The notes below the pieces were generated by a model. The model saw nothing but the letters and a program-made list of their open reading frames with translations, did no database searches and had not been told where the DNA came from. Shown piece after piece: positions 1-8,739 of a DNA stretch of 57,189 nucleotides. The stretch's first letter is position 1, and each line of letters starts with the position of its first letter. The position numbers were made by a program, and so were the translations under genes. The stretch comes from a bacterium (GTDB lineage Bacteria; Patescibacteriota; Saccharimonadia; Saccharimonadales; UBA4665): the NCBI GenBank assembly GCA_021811685.1, contig JAJZNT010000022.1, forward strand, positions 1 through 57,189, given 5' to 3'.

Positions 1-84
1 TGTTCGGCTTTAACCTTTCTCTCGGCTTCTGATGCGCGCCGGGCTGACCGCTTAAGCGGCGGTAACCAAAGGAAGGAAGTAGCA

Positions 85-465
85 GTGAATCAATATGAGG
101 TAGCGGTGCTTTATCATCCTAGCTTAGAGGTTGATCTAAGCAAGGCGGAAGACCGGGTAGTTAAGATATTTACCGATAACGGAGGCAAGGTTGTATCTAG
201 CGATAACTGGGGCAAACGCGCCCTGGCTTATCCGATTAAGAAAAACGAACAAGCAATTTATGTGTTCTATACTTTAGAGCTGCCGCCCGCAAGTGTGGCC
301 AAGATTGAGACGACTCTAAATATAACTGACGAAGTAATTCGCTTTATGATTACTAAACCCGATCTTAAAGCTATCGCTAAAGCGGAAGCCGAGAGAAAGG
401 TTAAAGCCGAACGGGCCTCTGAAAGAGGCGACCAAACTGAAGAAGACAAGGAAGCTGAGGATTAA
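85..465 (+). CDS. rpsF: 30S ribosomal protein S6
   Basis: YE...WGKRALAYPIKK...VIRFMI signature; SD GGAAGG before a GTG start; first gene of rpsF-ssb-rpsR. Confidence 0.97.
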   Translation: MNQYEVAVLYHPSLEVDLSKAEDRVVKIFTDNGGKVVSSDNWGKRALAYPIKKNEQAIYVFYTLELPPASVAKIETTLNITDEVIRFMITKPDLKAIAKAEAERKVKAERASERGDQTEEDKEAED

Positions 466-552
466 ACTTTTCTTAAAGCGGGCTTGACGTAAGGCAAAGT
501 TCAAAGTAGCGTAAGTTTTATAAGCCAAATAAGGCAAAGCAAGGAGGAAGTA

Positions 553-1020
553 ATGGCGCGCAGCGTAAATCAAGTAATCTTGATGGGTAATCTGACTAGA
601 GACCCAGAGCTGAGACAGACACCTAACGGCCAGAATGTATGCGGTTTCAGTATCGCCCTAAACCGCAGCTATCGAGACTCAAACGGAGAATGGCAGGAAG
701 CGACAGATTATGTGGATATCGTAGCCTGGGGACCTCTAGGAGAGCGCGTTTCCCAGTATTTAAGCAAGGGACGAAGAATATTGGTCCAGGGTAGATTACA
801 GAGCCGGAGTTGGGAGCAGGAAGGCCAAAAGAGAAGCAAGGTCGAAGTACTGGCAAACGATGTTACCTTCCTAGACGGTCGAGGCGAGTCAGCTGGCGAG
901 GATACTCCGACTACCTCTAAGAGTAAACCTGGCAAAAAAGAAGACAGTAAAGAAGATAAGGATGTGGTTATCGAAGACGTCGGAGACGAGCCGATTAACT
1001 TGGATGACATTCCGTTTTAA
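553..1020 (+). CDS. ssb: Single-stranded DNA-binding protein
   Basis: VNQVILMGNLTRDPELR N-terminus, acidic DDIPF C-terminus. Confidence 0.98.
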   Translation: MARSVNQVILMGNLTRDPELRQTPNGQNVCGFSIALNRSYRDSNGEWQEATDYVDIVAWGPLGERVSQYLSKGRRILVQGRLQSRSWEQEGQKRSKVEVLANDVTFLDGRGESAGEDTPTTSKSKPGKKEDSKEDKDVVIEDVGDEPINLDDIPF

Positions 1021-1041
1021 TAACTAAGGAGAAACTAGTTT

Positions 1042-1245
1042 ATGGCAAAGATATTTAAATACCGAAGCGATGTAGCCTTTTTTGACTACAAGGACTTTAA
1101 AACCTTGCAGCGTTACGTTAACAGCTACGGACAGATTGAAACCAGGAAAAAAACCGGTCTCAGCGAATCTCAGCAAAGACATTTAGCTCAGGCCATTAAG
1201 CGGGCCAGGCACATTGCGCTACTGCCTTTTATTGCTAATAGCTAA
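1042..1245 (+). CDS. rpsR: 30S ribosomal protein S18
   Basis: DYKD..TLQRY...GQI..RKKTG...[17 protein letters not shown]. Confidence 0.97.
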   Translation: MAKIFKYRSDVAFFDYKDFKTLQRYVNSYGQIETRKKTGLSESQQRHLAQAIKRARHIALLPFIANS

Positions 1246-1808
1246 TGCTCAATATAACTGATCTTAAGAAGGGAACAGTGTTTGTCCTTATGGGTGAACC
1301 GTATAAAGTTGTTACCTATGCTCAAAAAGTTATGGGGCGTGGCGGCTCAATAGTTAACGTTAAGATTAAATCTCTAACCAGTGGTAAGGTTCTGGACAAA
1401 ACCTTTAAGGGCAATGAGCAATTAGAGAGTGCAGATATTACTATGCAGAGTGTGCAGTATCTGTATAACGACGGTAAGGTTTACTTTTTTATGAACCCCG
1501 ACAGTTTTGTGCAGTTTGAAGTTCCTGCAGAGGTAGTTGAAGACGCTTCCGGATATATTAAAGACGGCGACCTGCTCCAGCTCCAATTCTTTAGGGGCAA
1601 CCCGATCAGTCTGGATCTTCCGAAGAACGTTAACCTGCGAGTGGACTATACTGAATCGGCTGTTAAAGGGGACACATCAACGGCTGTTACTAAAAACGCT
1701 CAACTTGAAACCGGGATTACCATTAAAGTTCCGGCGTTTATTAAGCAAGGCGATCTTATATCTGTTGATACGGCTACTGGTACCTACCGCGAGCGGGTTA
1801 AATCCTAA
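1245..1808 (+). CDS. efp: Elongation factor P
   Basis: DLKKG, QYLY, KGDT, LETG..IKVPAFI..GD.I.VDT..G.Y.ER; modification loop reads MGRGG. Confidence 0.96.
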   Translation: MLNITDLKKGTVFVLMGEPYKVVTYAQKVMGRGGSIVNVKIKSLTSGKVLDKTFKGNEQLESADITMQSVQYLYNDGKVYFFMNPDSFVQFEVPAEVVEDASGYIKDGDLLQLQFFRGNPISLDLPKNVNLRVDYTESAVKGDTSTAVTKNAQLETGITIKVPAFIKQGDLISVDTATGTYRERVKS

Positions 1809-1879
1809 TTACTTTAGTCATGCATTTACCGAACCGCCGCAGGAATAGTAAAGGGGTAGGTTTACTTGACGGGGACGAT

Positions 1880-2434
1880 ATGGCTTATGTCAGCCGGGCC
1901 GCCTATAAACTAGCGTCGGTAACTAAGACTCTAGGAATAGATTTCAGAGGAAAGACCGTTTTAGATGTCGGCGCCAGCACTGGAGGCTTTAGTGATTATG
2001 CGCTAAAGCACGGAGCGACCAAGGTTATTGCCGTAGAAAAGGGCACCAAACAACTTAGCCCTTCCTTATTGGCCGAACAAAGAATAGAGGTTCACGAAAA
2101 AACCGACATTAGAGACTTTAAGACTGAAGAAAAGCTAGACCTCATACTAATAGACGCTTCTTTTATTTCACTGCGGGAAATCCTACCATCGCTAATTAAG
2201 CTATTAACTTCAAACACTTACATTCTGGCTATGGCTAAACCGCAGTTTGAGGTAAGGGATCAGTCGACGAAACACGGCGGAGTCATTAAAAATGAACGTA
2301 TTCGCCGACAAATTCTTATGGACTTAGAGAAGTGGTTTAAAAAGAGTTTTGTTATCTTGGGCAAGGCTGACTCGCTGGTAAGCGGGACAAAGGGAAACAA
2401 GGAGCGCTTTTACCTGCTTAAGCCGGTCAAATAA
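1880..2434 (+). CDS. tlyA: TlyA-family RNA methyltransferase lacking the S4 domain
   Basis: YVSRAAYKL, LDVGASTGGF, DASFISL, KPQFE, GNKE motifs; start chosen at ATG 1880. Confidence 0.88.
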   Translation: MAYVSRAAYKLASVTKTLGIDFRGKTVLDVGASTGGFSDYALKHGATKVIAVEKGTKQLSPSLLAEQRIEVHEKTDIRDFKTEEKLDLILIDASFISLREILPSLIKLLTSNTYILAMAKPQFEVRDQSTKHGGVIKNERIRRQILMDLEKWFKKSFVILGKADSLVSGTKGNKERFYLLKPVK

Positions 2435-2477
2435 AATTAACTTGAGCTTTTTAGGGCTCCAGTTTACACTCGCATTA

Positions 2478-3137
2478 ATGTACTTCGCTTCCAGAATGCA
2501 AGCCGGTAGGATGTTGGCCTCACAGATGGAGCAAAAATACCGGAACCAAAACTGTGCTGTAGTCGCTCTTGACGACGGCGGGGTAATGGTTGGCGCCCAG
2601 ATTGCCGTGCAGCTGCACAGTGTTATAACCCTGCTACAACTAGAAGAGTTAACCCTGCCCAGAGAACCTAAAGCTATAGCCGGCATGACGGACGGTGGCA
2701 GCTTTGTTTATAACAAGGAATATACTGACGCCGAGATTGAAGAGCTAACTGGAGAGTATCACGGATTTATTGACGAGGAGCGGGTACAAAAGTTCCACAT
2801 GCTAAACTCGTTAAGCGGCGCAGGCGGATTAATAAACAAGAAGGTACTAAAACACCGTAAGATAATTTTGGTTTCAGACGGGTTAGATACGGTTTTAAAG
2901 CTGGATCTGGCAGAGGAGTTCCTAAAACCGGTTGAATTTGAAAGTCTGATAGTTGCAGTCCCGATTGCCACGGTTCCGGTTATAGATAAAATCCACGTGA
3001 TGGCTGACGCCATTTATTGTTTAAGCGTAACCGATGATTTTTTGGGCACCGATCATTATTACGACAATAATGACATACCCGACCATAAGGAAATTGTCGA
3101 TACTATAAAAAATATTGTTTCGCGCTGGAAAAAGTAG
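2478..3137 (+). CDS. Phosphoribosyltransferase-family protein
   Basis: F.SR..AG..LA, VVAL..GG, IILVSDGL (PRT-like loop), IVAVP; ATG 2478 lies 7 nt after TACACT. Confidence 0.8.
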   Translation: MYFASRMQAGRMLASQMEQKYRNQNCAVVALDDGGVMVGAQIAVQLHSVITLLQLEELTLPREPKAIAGMTDGGSFVYNKEYTDAEIEELTGEYHGFIDEERVQKFHMLNSLSGAGGLINKKVLKHRKIILVSDGLDTVLKLDLAEEFLKPVEFESLIVAVPIATVPVIDKIHVMADAIYCLSVTDDFLGTDHYYDNNDIPDHKEIVDTIKNIVSRWKK

Positions 3138-3139
3138 CT

Positions 3140-3793
3140 TTATTTTAAGATATTGCGTAGTCCCGAAACGCTGCTTAGTATGTAATAAGAGCCGTCTTTA
3201 GCGATCAAGCCTTGCTTAATAAGAGCAGACAGTTCTCTAGAGGTGGTTTCCCGGGTAGCGTTAATTGAGCTCGCTATATCTTGGTGTCTCAGGGGGGCTT
3301 CAATAACCAGTCCCTTGTTCGATCTGGTTCCGAAACGTGATGCCATAGTAAGCAGGAAGGATACGAGGCGTTCACGCACCGTCTTGTATTCAAGATTTAA
3401 AATGCGCTCGCTGTGCAGGCGGTACATCTCTATGGTCATATCCAGGAGAGGAGCAATAGCATCGGTGTGCCGGGTAATCTCCTGTTCAAATTTCTGTCTG
3501 GTTATCTCCAGAGTTATGGTCGGAGCTAACGCCTGATAGGTTATACTGCGCTCTTGGCCAGTTAACGCCCAGATAAGCGGGAATATCTCGTCCTGCTTAC
3601 GGATAATCAGCAGGTTCTCCTCGTTATATCTTGAAATGTCATAGGCCTTAACCAAACCGTGGACGATATAAAAAACCCCGGGCGGTTGTCCCCCGGGGCG
3701 AATGATAAAATCACCCTTTTTGTAAGTCTTTCTTGTTCCATTCCGAGAGAAGACGTCTACCAGTTCAGCCATTTGCTTTAGATTGGCTAACAT
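3140..3793 (-). CDS. Crp/Fnr-family transcriptional regulator
   Basis: cNMP-binding beta-roll (YKKGDFI..PG...FYIVHGLVKAY) plus C-terminal HTH LRHQDIASSINATRETTSRELS. Confidence 0.92.
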   Translation of the reverse strand: MLANLKQMAELVDVFSRNGTRKTYKKGDFIIRPGGQPPGVFYIVHGLVKAYDISRYNEENLLIIRKQDEIFPLIWALTGQERSITYQALAPTITLEITRQKFEQEITRHTDAIAPLLDMTIEMYRLHSERILNLEYKTVRERLVSFLLTMASRFGTRSNKGLVIEAPLRHQDIASSINATRETTSRELSALIKQGLIAKDGSYYILSSVSGLRNILK

Positions 3794-3948
3794 ATCTTAA
3801 TTTAAACCAAAAACCGTCATTTAAGCAAGCATAGCCCCTTACTTGGCTTGTCCTTTGTGATAAACATCAAATTTTAGTGGTAAGCAATTTTACGGCTTTA
3901 GGGGTATGGGTAGCCTATGATTGTAAATACAAACCAAAAGGAGGGGCT

Positions 3949-4842
3949 ATGGTTGACAGAGACTATGTACAAAGTCAACTGAGGAAAATTGAGTTTTTGG
4001 GGAGCAGGTTTAACCGGGCAGAGATTGCCGAACTAGAGAACATCTTACTTGATGACGAGAAAATATATGAGTGCGTGAACGGGGTATACGAAGGCGGAGT
4101 CGCGCTGCTTGTGGCCACCGATATCCGGGTGTTGCTAATCGATAAAAAGCCAATGGGGTTTTTAAATGTCGACGACATGCGCTTCGACATGATAAGCGAC
4201 ATTGACTATAGTCACCGAATATTCGGAGCGCAGATTAATATTAACTGCGGTTCTAGGAACCTATCCTTTAAGAGCTATAACCAGTCCAGATTGCGCAAGG
4301 CGATCGGTCATATCCAGGAGCGGATCAGTGAGATTAAAAAAGAGCAATATGAGCACGCCAATACTCAAAAAAAGCATCTAGAGGATATCAACAGGCAGCT
4401 TCAGATATATCTTTTAGCTCAGCAACAACAACTAGAGAGACAATTAGCGCGCGGTCAATCCATAACTTTGCCTAAACCAAACCCACAACTTGCGGATTAT
4501 TTATTTGCTCAGCGTTTACTTGAAGACTTTCAGGGACGAGACAATCCTTTGAAGCCTGATCAAGCAGAAACTGCCAGCCGCGTTCAGCCCGGCATGAGCA
4601 ATGAATCATTGCCGGTTTCATCTGAGCGGAAATTACTTAAAGAGATGGAAGAGGCGGGAAGAAGAGAAGTTCTGGGTATGACCCCGGAAAAGAAAACTCA
4701 TTCTGCATTTAGAACCAGCACTAAAAACTCGGCAAACTCCAAAGAACCGGCTTTAGATGTTACGCCTTTTAAGATAGCCTACGCCAAATTACCCTATCTA
4801 CTCAGGAGTCGCAGATACAACCCGGGGAATTCCTCGTACTAG
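3949..4842 (+). CDS. Bacterial PH-domain protein
   Basis: LLDDEKI...G...LLVATDIRVLLIDK pattern; SD GGAGG before ATG 3949; coiled/low-complexity tail. Confidence 0.7.
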   Translation: MVDRDYVQSQLRKIEFLGSRFNRAEIAELENILLDDEKIYECVNGVYEGGVALLVATDIRVLLIDKKPMGFLNVDDMRFDMISDIDYSHRIFGAQININCGSRNLSFKSYNQSRLRKAIGHIQERISEIKKEQYEHANTQKKHLEDINRQLQIYLLAQQQQLERQLARGQSITLPKPNPQLADYLFAQRLLEDFQGRDNPLKPDQAETASRVQPGMSNESLPVSSERKLLKEMEEAGRREVLGMTPEKKTHSAFRTSTKNSANSKEPALDVTPFKIAYAKLPYLLRSRRYNPGNSSY

Positions 4843-5924
4843 ACATTGAACTTAAACTCGACCACATCACTTGGCTGCATCACATAATCTTTGCCCTCGG
4901 TGCGCACTTTTCCGGCGGCTTTACAGGCAGCCAGCGAGCCGAAGCTAATCAGGTCGTTATAATCTACAACTTCTGCTGCAATAAAACCACGCTGCATGTC
5001 ACCGTGTATAGTTCCCGCTGCTTCCGGTGCCGTAGCCCCCTTTCTGATTGTCCAGGCTCTGACCTCTTTTTCCCCGGCAGTTAAAAAACTCTGTAGTCCA
5101 AGAGCTTCGTAGGCCTCAACAATAAGTGTTTCCAGTCCTGTCTGATGCAGTCCGTAACTCTCCCTCAGTTCCTTAGCGTCATAGTCCTCAAGCATAGATA
5201 GTTCACTCTCGAGCTTGGCGGAAATAAATATTGACGGGGCGGGGGAAACCAGCTTATTTAACTCATCTTTCTTCTTTTGATCGGCTAAACTATCCTCGTC
5301 AACGTTAAATACGCAAATAAACGGTTTAGCGGTCAGCAGCTGCAAGTCAGATAACTCGGCAGTTTCAGATTTATTTAGCTCAGAACTTACAGGTTTGCCT
5401 CTATCCAGTGCGTCTAACGCACGCCTGACAATTTCCAACTTAGGTACCAGTTTGGGGTTAGCTTTAACTTCTTTTTCCAGACTCGAGACCCTCCGGTTAA
5501 CTGTTTCTAAGTCAGCCAGAGCTAGTTCGGTTAGGATGGTAGCTATATCTTTTTCGGGATCAATCGAACCAGATACGTGAGTAACTAGCTTGTCATTGAA
5601 AGCCCGAACCACCTCAACAATAACCGATACAGTTCGGATATGGGCTAGAAATTGATTGCCTAAGCCTTCTCCCTTACTGGCTCCGGCAACTAGTCCAGCA
5701 ATATCTATAAACTTTACCGTTGCAGGAATAATATTAGTTGTCCGGTATATATCCGCCAGGCTTTTTAGTCTTTCGTCAGGTACGGGTACAATACCCACAT
5801 TCGGCTCAATTGTGGCGAACGGATAGTTAGCTGCCAGAACCGAGCTTTTGGTCAGCGCGTTAAATAAAGTAGACTTACCGACATTCGGCAGCCCAACAAT
5901 TCCACAGGAGACCGATGAAGACAT
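4839..5924 (-). CDS. ychF: Redox-regulated ATPase YchF (Obg family)
   Basis: GIVGLPNVGKSTLFNAL, ANYPFATIEPN, DIAGLV.GAS.GEGLGNQFL, EGKDY.M...DVVEFKFNV. Confidence 0.98.
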   Translation of the reverse strand: MSSSVSCGIVGLPNVGKSTLFNALTKSSVLAANYPFATIEPNVGIVPVPDERLKSLADIYRTTNIIPATVKFIDIAGLVAGASKGEGLGNQFLAHIRTVSVIVEVVRAFNDKLVTHVSGSIDPEKDIATILTELALADLETVNRRVSSLEKEVKANPKLVPKLEIVRRALDALDRGKPVSSELNKSETAELSDLQLLTAKPFICVFNVDEDSLADQKKKDELNKLVSPAPSIFISAKLESELSMLEDYDAKELRESYGLHQTGLETLIVEAYEALGLQSFLTAGEKEVRAWTIRKGATAPEAAGTIHGDMQRGFIAAEVVDYNDLISFGSLAACKAAGKVRTEGKDYVMQPSDVVEFKFNV

Positions 5925-5960
5925 GACAATAGTCTAACAGATTAAATATCAAAATTCCTA

Positions 5961-5995
5961 TTGACACGAATGTATACGTAGAATACAATGTATGC
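5961..5995 (+). promoter_or_regulatory. Sigma70 promoter of TA module 1 with direct-repeat operator
   Basis: TTGACA 5961 - 17 nt - TACAAT 5984; ATG 6 nt later; AATGTAT(A/G)C twice (5969, 5987). Confidence 0.75.
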
Positions 5996-6247
5996 ATGAG
6001 TTCTATTCAATATACTATTCGCAATATTCCTCCAGTGGTAGACCAGGTTATAAGAAAAAGGTCTAAGCAGACTGGTAAATCTTTTAATCAAACGGTTGTT
6101 GATATGTTATCCCTGCAATCATTGGGAACGACTAAACCTAAGGAAAATAACGAATTTGATTGGTTATTTGGGTCAATGAAGCTTGATGATAAATTTGATG
6201 AAGCAATTAAGGATTTATCTCAAATAGACAAAGAACTCTGGCAATGA
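5996..6247 (+). CDS. Ribbon-helix-helix antitoxin (FitA/VapB-like)
   Basis: QYTIRNIP...IRKRS...GKSFNQ RHH pattern; ATGA overlap with PIN toxin. Confidence 0.8.
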   Translation: MSSIQYTIRNIPPVVDQVIRKRSKQTGKSFNQTVVDMLSLQSLGTTKPKENNEFDWLFGSMKLDDKFDEAIKDLSQIDKELWQ

Positions 6248-6651
6248 ATATATTAATAGATACCAGTGCTTTTTCTGATTATGGCCGTGGTAATAGTAAA
6301 GAACTAGAAGCTTGGTTTAAGGCTGAACACCAACTAGTAATGCCACTGATTGTTATAGGTGAACTAAGGGCGGGCTTTGCCTCGGGTAACAGGCATAGTG
6401 AGAATGAGAAACTACTTCAGAGATTCTTAGATGCCCCTAATGTGATAACTGTAGGCTTGAGCGATAAAACCACGCATGAATTAGCCGGTATTTACTTGCA
6501 ACTTCGCAAAGCCGGTACTCCGATTGGGGTAAATGATATGTGGATAGCCTCAATAGCTAAAGAACTAGATTTAACAGTGCTTACAACTGACTCGGACTTT
6601 AGTTATGTTAAAGGGCTAAAGTTAATAGTAATTGATAAGTCAAAAGATTAG
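6244..6651 (+). CDS. vapC: PIN-domain toxin (VapC family)
   Basis: ILIDTSA, IGELRAG, PIGVNDMWIA, LTTDSDF. Confidence 0.92.
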   Translation: MNILIDTSAFSDYGRGNSKELEAWFKAEHQLVMPLIVIGELRAGFASGNRHSENEKLLQRFLDAPNVITVGLSDKTTHELAGIYLQLRKAGTPIGVNDMWIASIAKELDLTVLTTDSDFSYVKGLKLIVIDKSKD

Positions 6652-6693
6652 GTCTGTAAGTTAGTTGGACTTTAAAGTTTTTGTAGCTTTGCT

Positions 6694-6805
6694 ATAAACT
6701 TTGGTGAGTAACCACGAGTTCTTTTATCATCTGGCTCTGGCAAGCTAAAACTTATCTCAAAAGGTTGGTTTGAAAAATAACTATACCGCAACTAATACTA
6801 CTCAT
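6694..6805 (-). repeat. Junction repeat A: displaced ychF-like 5' end (MSSISCGIV) fused to a 93-bp conserved arm
   Basis: 6694-6786 aligns ungapped to 7629-7721 (81/93 by hand); minus strand reads ATG AGT AGT ATT AGT TGC GGT ATA GTT at 6805-6779. Confidence 0.9.
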
Positions 6806-6910
6806 GCTTATCTTTCGTTACCATTATAATTAAGGAACTATAGAGCTTTTTACAGCAAATGTCAATAATATATTTTGACAAAATTACTGACAATATATAT
6901 ACTAATAATC

Positions 6911-7192
6911 ATGACAACGACAATAATTACGGCTAGAGATATATTGCGTGACTATAAAAGTGTGTTTAATGACGTTAGAAAGACAAAACGTCCTGCTATA
7001 GTTACAGCCCACAAAGAGCCTCAAGTTGCTATAGTAAGTTTAGATGACCTTGAAAGACTTCAAAGGCTGCAAAATAAAGACTCCGCAAAGAATCTACTAG
7101 ACTTTACCGAAAGAGCCCGCAAATTACTAAAAAACGAGAAACTACCCGAAGACTTAGCATCTAAACATGATGAATACTTGTGGGGAAAGTAG
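6911..7192 (+). CDS. Phd/YefM-family antitoxin
   Basis: ITARDILRDY..VF..V...KRPAIVT....PQVAIVSLDDLE; promoter TTGACA 6875 - 17 nt - TATACT 6898. Confidence 0.85.
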   Translation: MTTTIITARDILRDYKSVFNDVRKTKRPAIVTAHKEPQVAIVSLDDLERLQRLQNKDSAKNLLDFTERARKLLKNEKLPEDLASKHDEYLWGK

Positions 7193-7204
7193 TAGTTAGG
7201 GCTT

Positions 7205-7627
7205 ATGAAAACGGTAGTAGTTGATACTGATGCGTTAATTGCTCTAGTTAACAAAGATGATTTTCTAGCATTAGATGCTGTTAAAACACTCGAGGACTTA
7301 TATGCTAATGAGGTTAAACTAGTTTACCCAGCTACTACAATCGTAGAAGCTATTACGACTTTTCAGAGGAAGCTTAGTAATTCTGCGCTAGCAGGCGATA
7401 TAGCTCAAATGCTTAGAGAAGGTCAATTTAATATAGTACCAGTTGACCAAAATCTCTTAGAGCAAGCGGAAACCTTATTTAAACCAAAGGGCAGCAAGCA
7501 AAACACGATGTTTGACGCTGTCGTTGCAGCAGTTGCTAAAACAACAAATGCTGATGCTATATTTAGTTTTGATAATTGGTACGAAAAAGTTGGGCTAAGG
7601 CTTGCAACTAGTTTATTTAAGGCTTAG
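7205..7627 (+). CDS. vapC: PIN-domain toxin (VapC family)
   Basis: VVVDTDALIAL, TIVEA, TMFDAVVAA, IFSFD. Confidence 0.9.
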   Translation: MKTVVVDTDALIALVNKDDFLALDAVKTLEDLYANEVKLVYPATTIVEAITTFQRKLSNSALAGDIAQMLREGQFNIVPVDQNLLEQAETLFKPKGSKQNTMFDAVVAAVAKTTNADAIFSFDNWYEKVGLRLATSLFKA

Positions 7628-7628
7628 G

Positions 7629-7743
7629 ATAAACTTCTTGGAGTAACCCCTAGTCCTCTTGTCGTCTGGCTCTGGTAAGCTAAAGCTTATCTCAAAAGGT
7701 TGGTTTGAAAAATAACTATACAGCAAGAAACAGATGAAGACAT
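7629..7743 (-). repeat. Junction repeat B: displaced ychF-like 5' end (MSSSVSCCIV) fused to the same arm
   Basis: Minus strand ATG TCT TCA TCT GTT TCT TGC TGT ATA GTT (7743-7714) versus ychF ATG TCT TCA TCG GTC TCC TGT GGA ATT GTT. Confidence 0.9.
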
Positions 7744-7803
7744 AGGTTCAATTTAACGGATAACACCTGTCGGATATATACAGCATGATGTATATTAAAA
7801 AAT

Positions 7804-8050
7804 ACGATAAGAACCCAAATATATTTAACTCAGCAACAGCACAATCTTCTTAAGGCGCTAGGATTAAAGAAAAAACTAGCATCTCTAACATAATTCGTGA
7901 GGCAATTGACTAGAAAACAGCTTAAAGCTTTTCTACCAAGAGCGCTAATCAAAATCTTAATGCAGGAGAGTGGCTTTTAGCTCAAATAGCTTGGGCAGAA
8001 AAAAATTAAAGGACCATCTGACCTATCTTCTAAGATGGATGAATACCTAT
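7804..8050 (+). pseudogene. Decayed RHH/CopG antitoxin
   Basis: (ACG)IRTQIYLTQQQHNLLK, then after a frameshift EKTSISNIIREAID*; start codon appears mutated. Confidence 0.65.
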
Positions 8051-8490
8051 ATGGCCAATAAAGGTGCCGTCTTTCTAGGCTCAAACTTTCTAATAGCGAG
8101 TTTTAATTCCGAAGACTCTAATCATAAAAAGGCACAACGGCTGGCTTTTAGTATGGCCGAGCTAGATATAAAGTTATACATATCAAACTATATACTTCTT
8201 TAAGTGCTTACGGTCTTGTCTCAAAGAGTTAACCGAGAAACTGCAGTTGAAGTAGGGGATAGGTTACTAAATAGCGGAAACGTTGAATTAATTCACATTA
8301 ACGAAGAGCTCAATCGCCGGAGTTTGGAGATTTTTAAAGAGATCCAAACAAAAAACATGAGTGTCGTTGATTGATTGTAGTATCCTGGCAGTTCTCAATT
8401 ATGTAGGCATAAAGCAACCACTTACCTTTGACATGACTGGCTTTAAGCCGTTACGAGAACGCTTTTACTTTAGTATTATTAGGTTAATGC
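8051..8490 (+). pseudogene. Decayed PIN toxin
   Basis: VFLGSNFLIA...HKKA...ISNYILL*VLTVLSQR...MSVVD / CSILAVL...LTFD; stop at 8201 and a TTGA duplication frameshift near 8370; end approximate. Confidence 0.75.
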
Positions 8491-8525
8491 AATTTGTTCA
8501 CAAAGCCTCGTGAATAACCTCTTGT

Positions 8526-8645
8526 AAGCCTATCGGAAGCAAAGATATGTGGATTGCGGCATTGGCGTTGGAGCAAGATTATTTACTTGTAACACTTAAC
8601 TCAGATTTTAAGCAAACCCCAGACTTACTAATTGCCAAAATCTGA
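8526..8645 (+). pseudogene. 3' remnant of another VapC toxin
   Basis: KPIGSKDMWIAALALEQDYLLVTLNSDFKQ...* with no N-terminal half. Confidence 0.75.
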
Positions 8646-8739
8646 TCTAGTACCATTTTAAATACATTGCACTAAAAAAACCTATGGACAATAGTTGTTA
8701 TTATCAAAACGCTTATGCTATCCTAATAAAAAGATAAAC

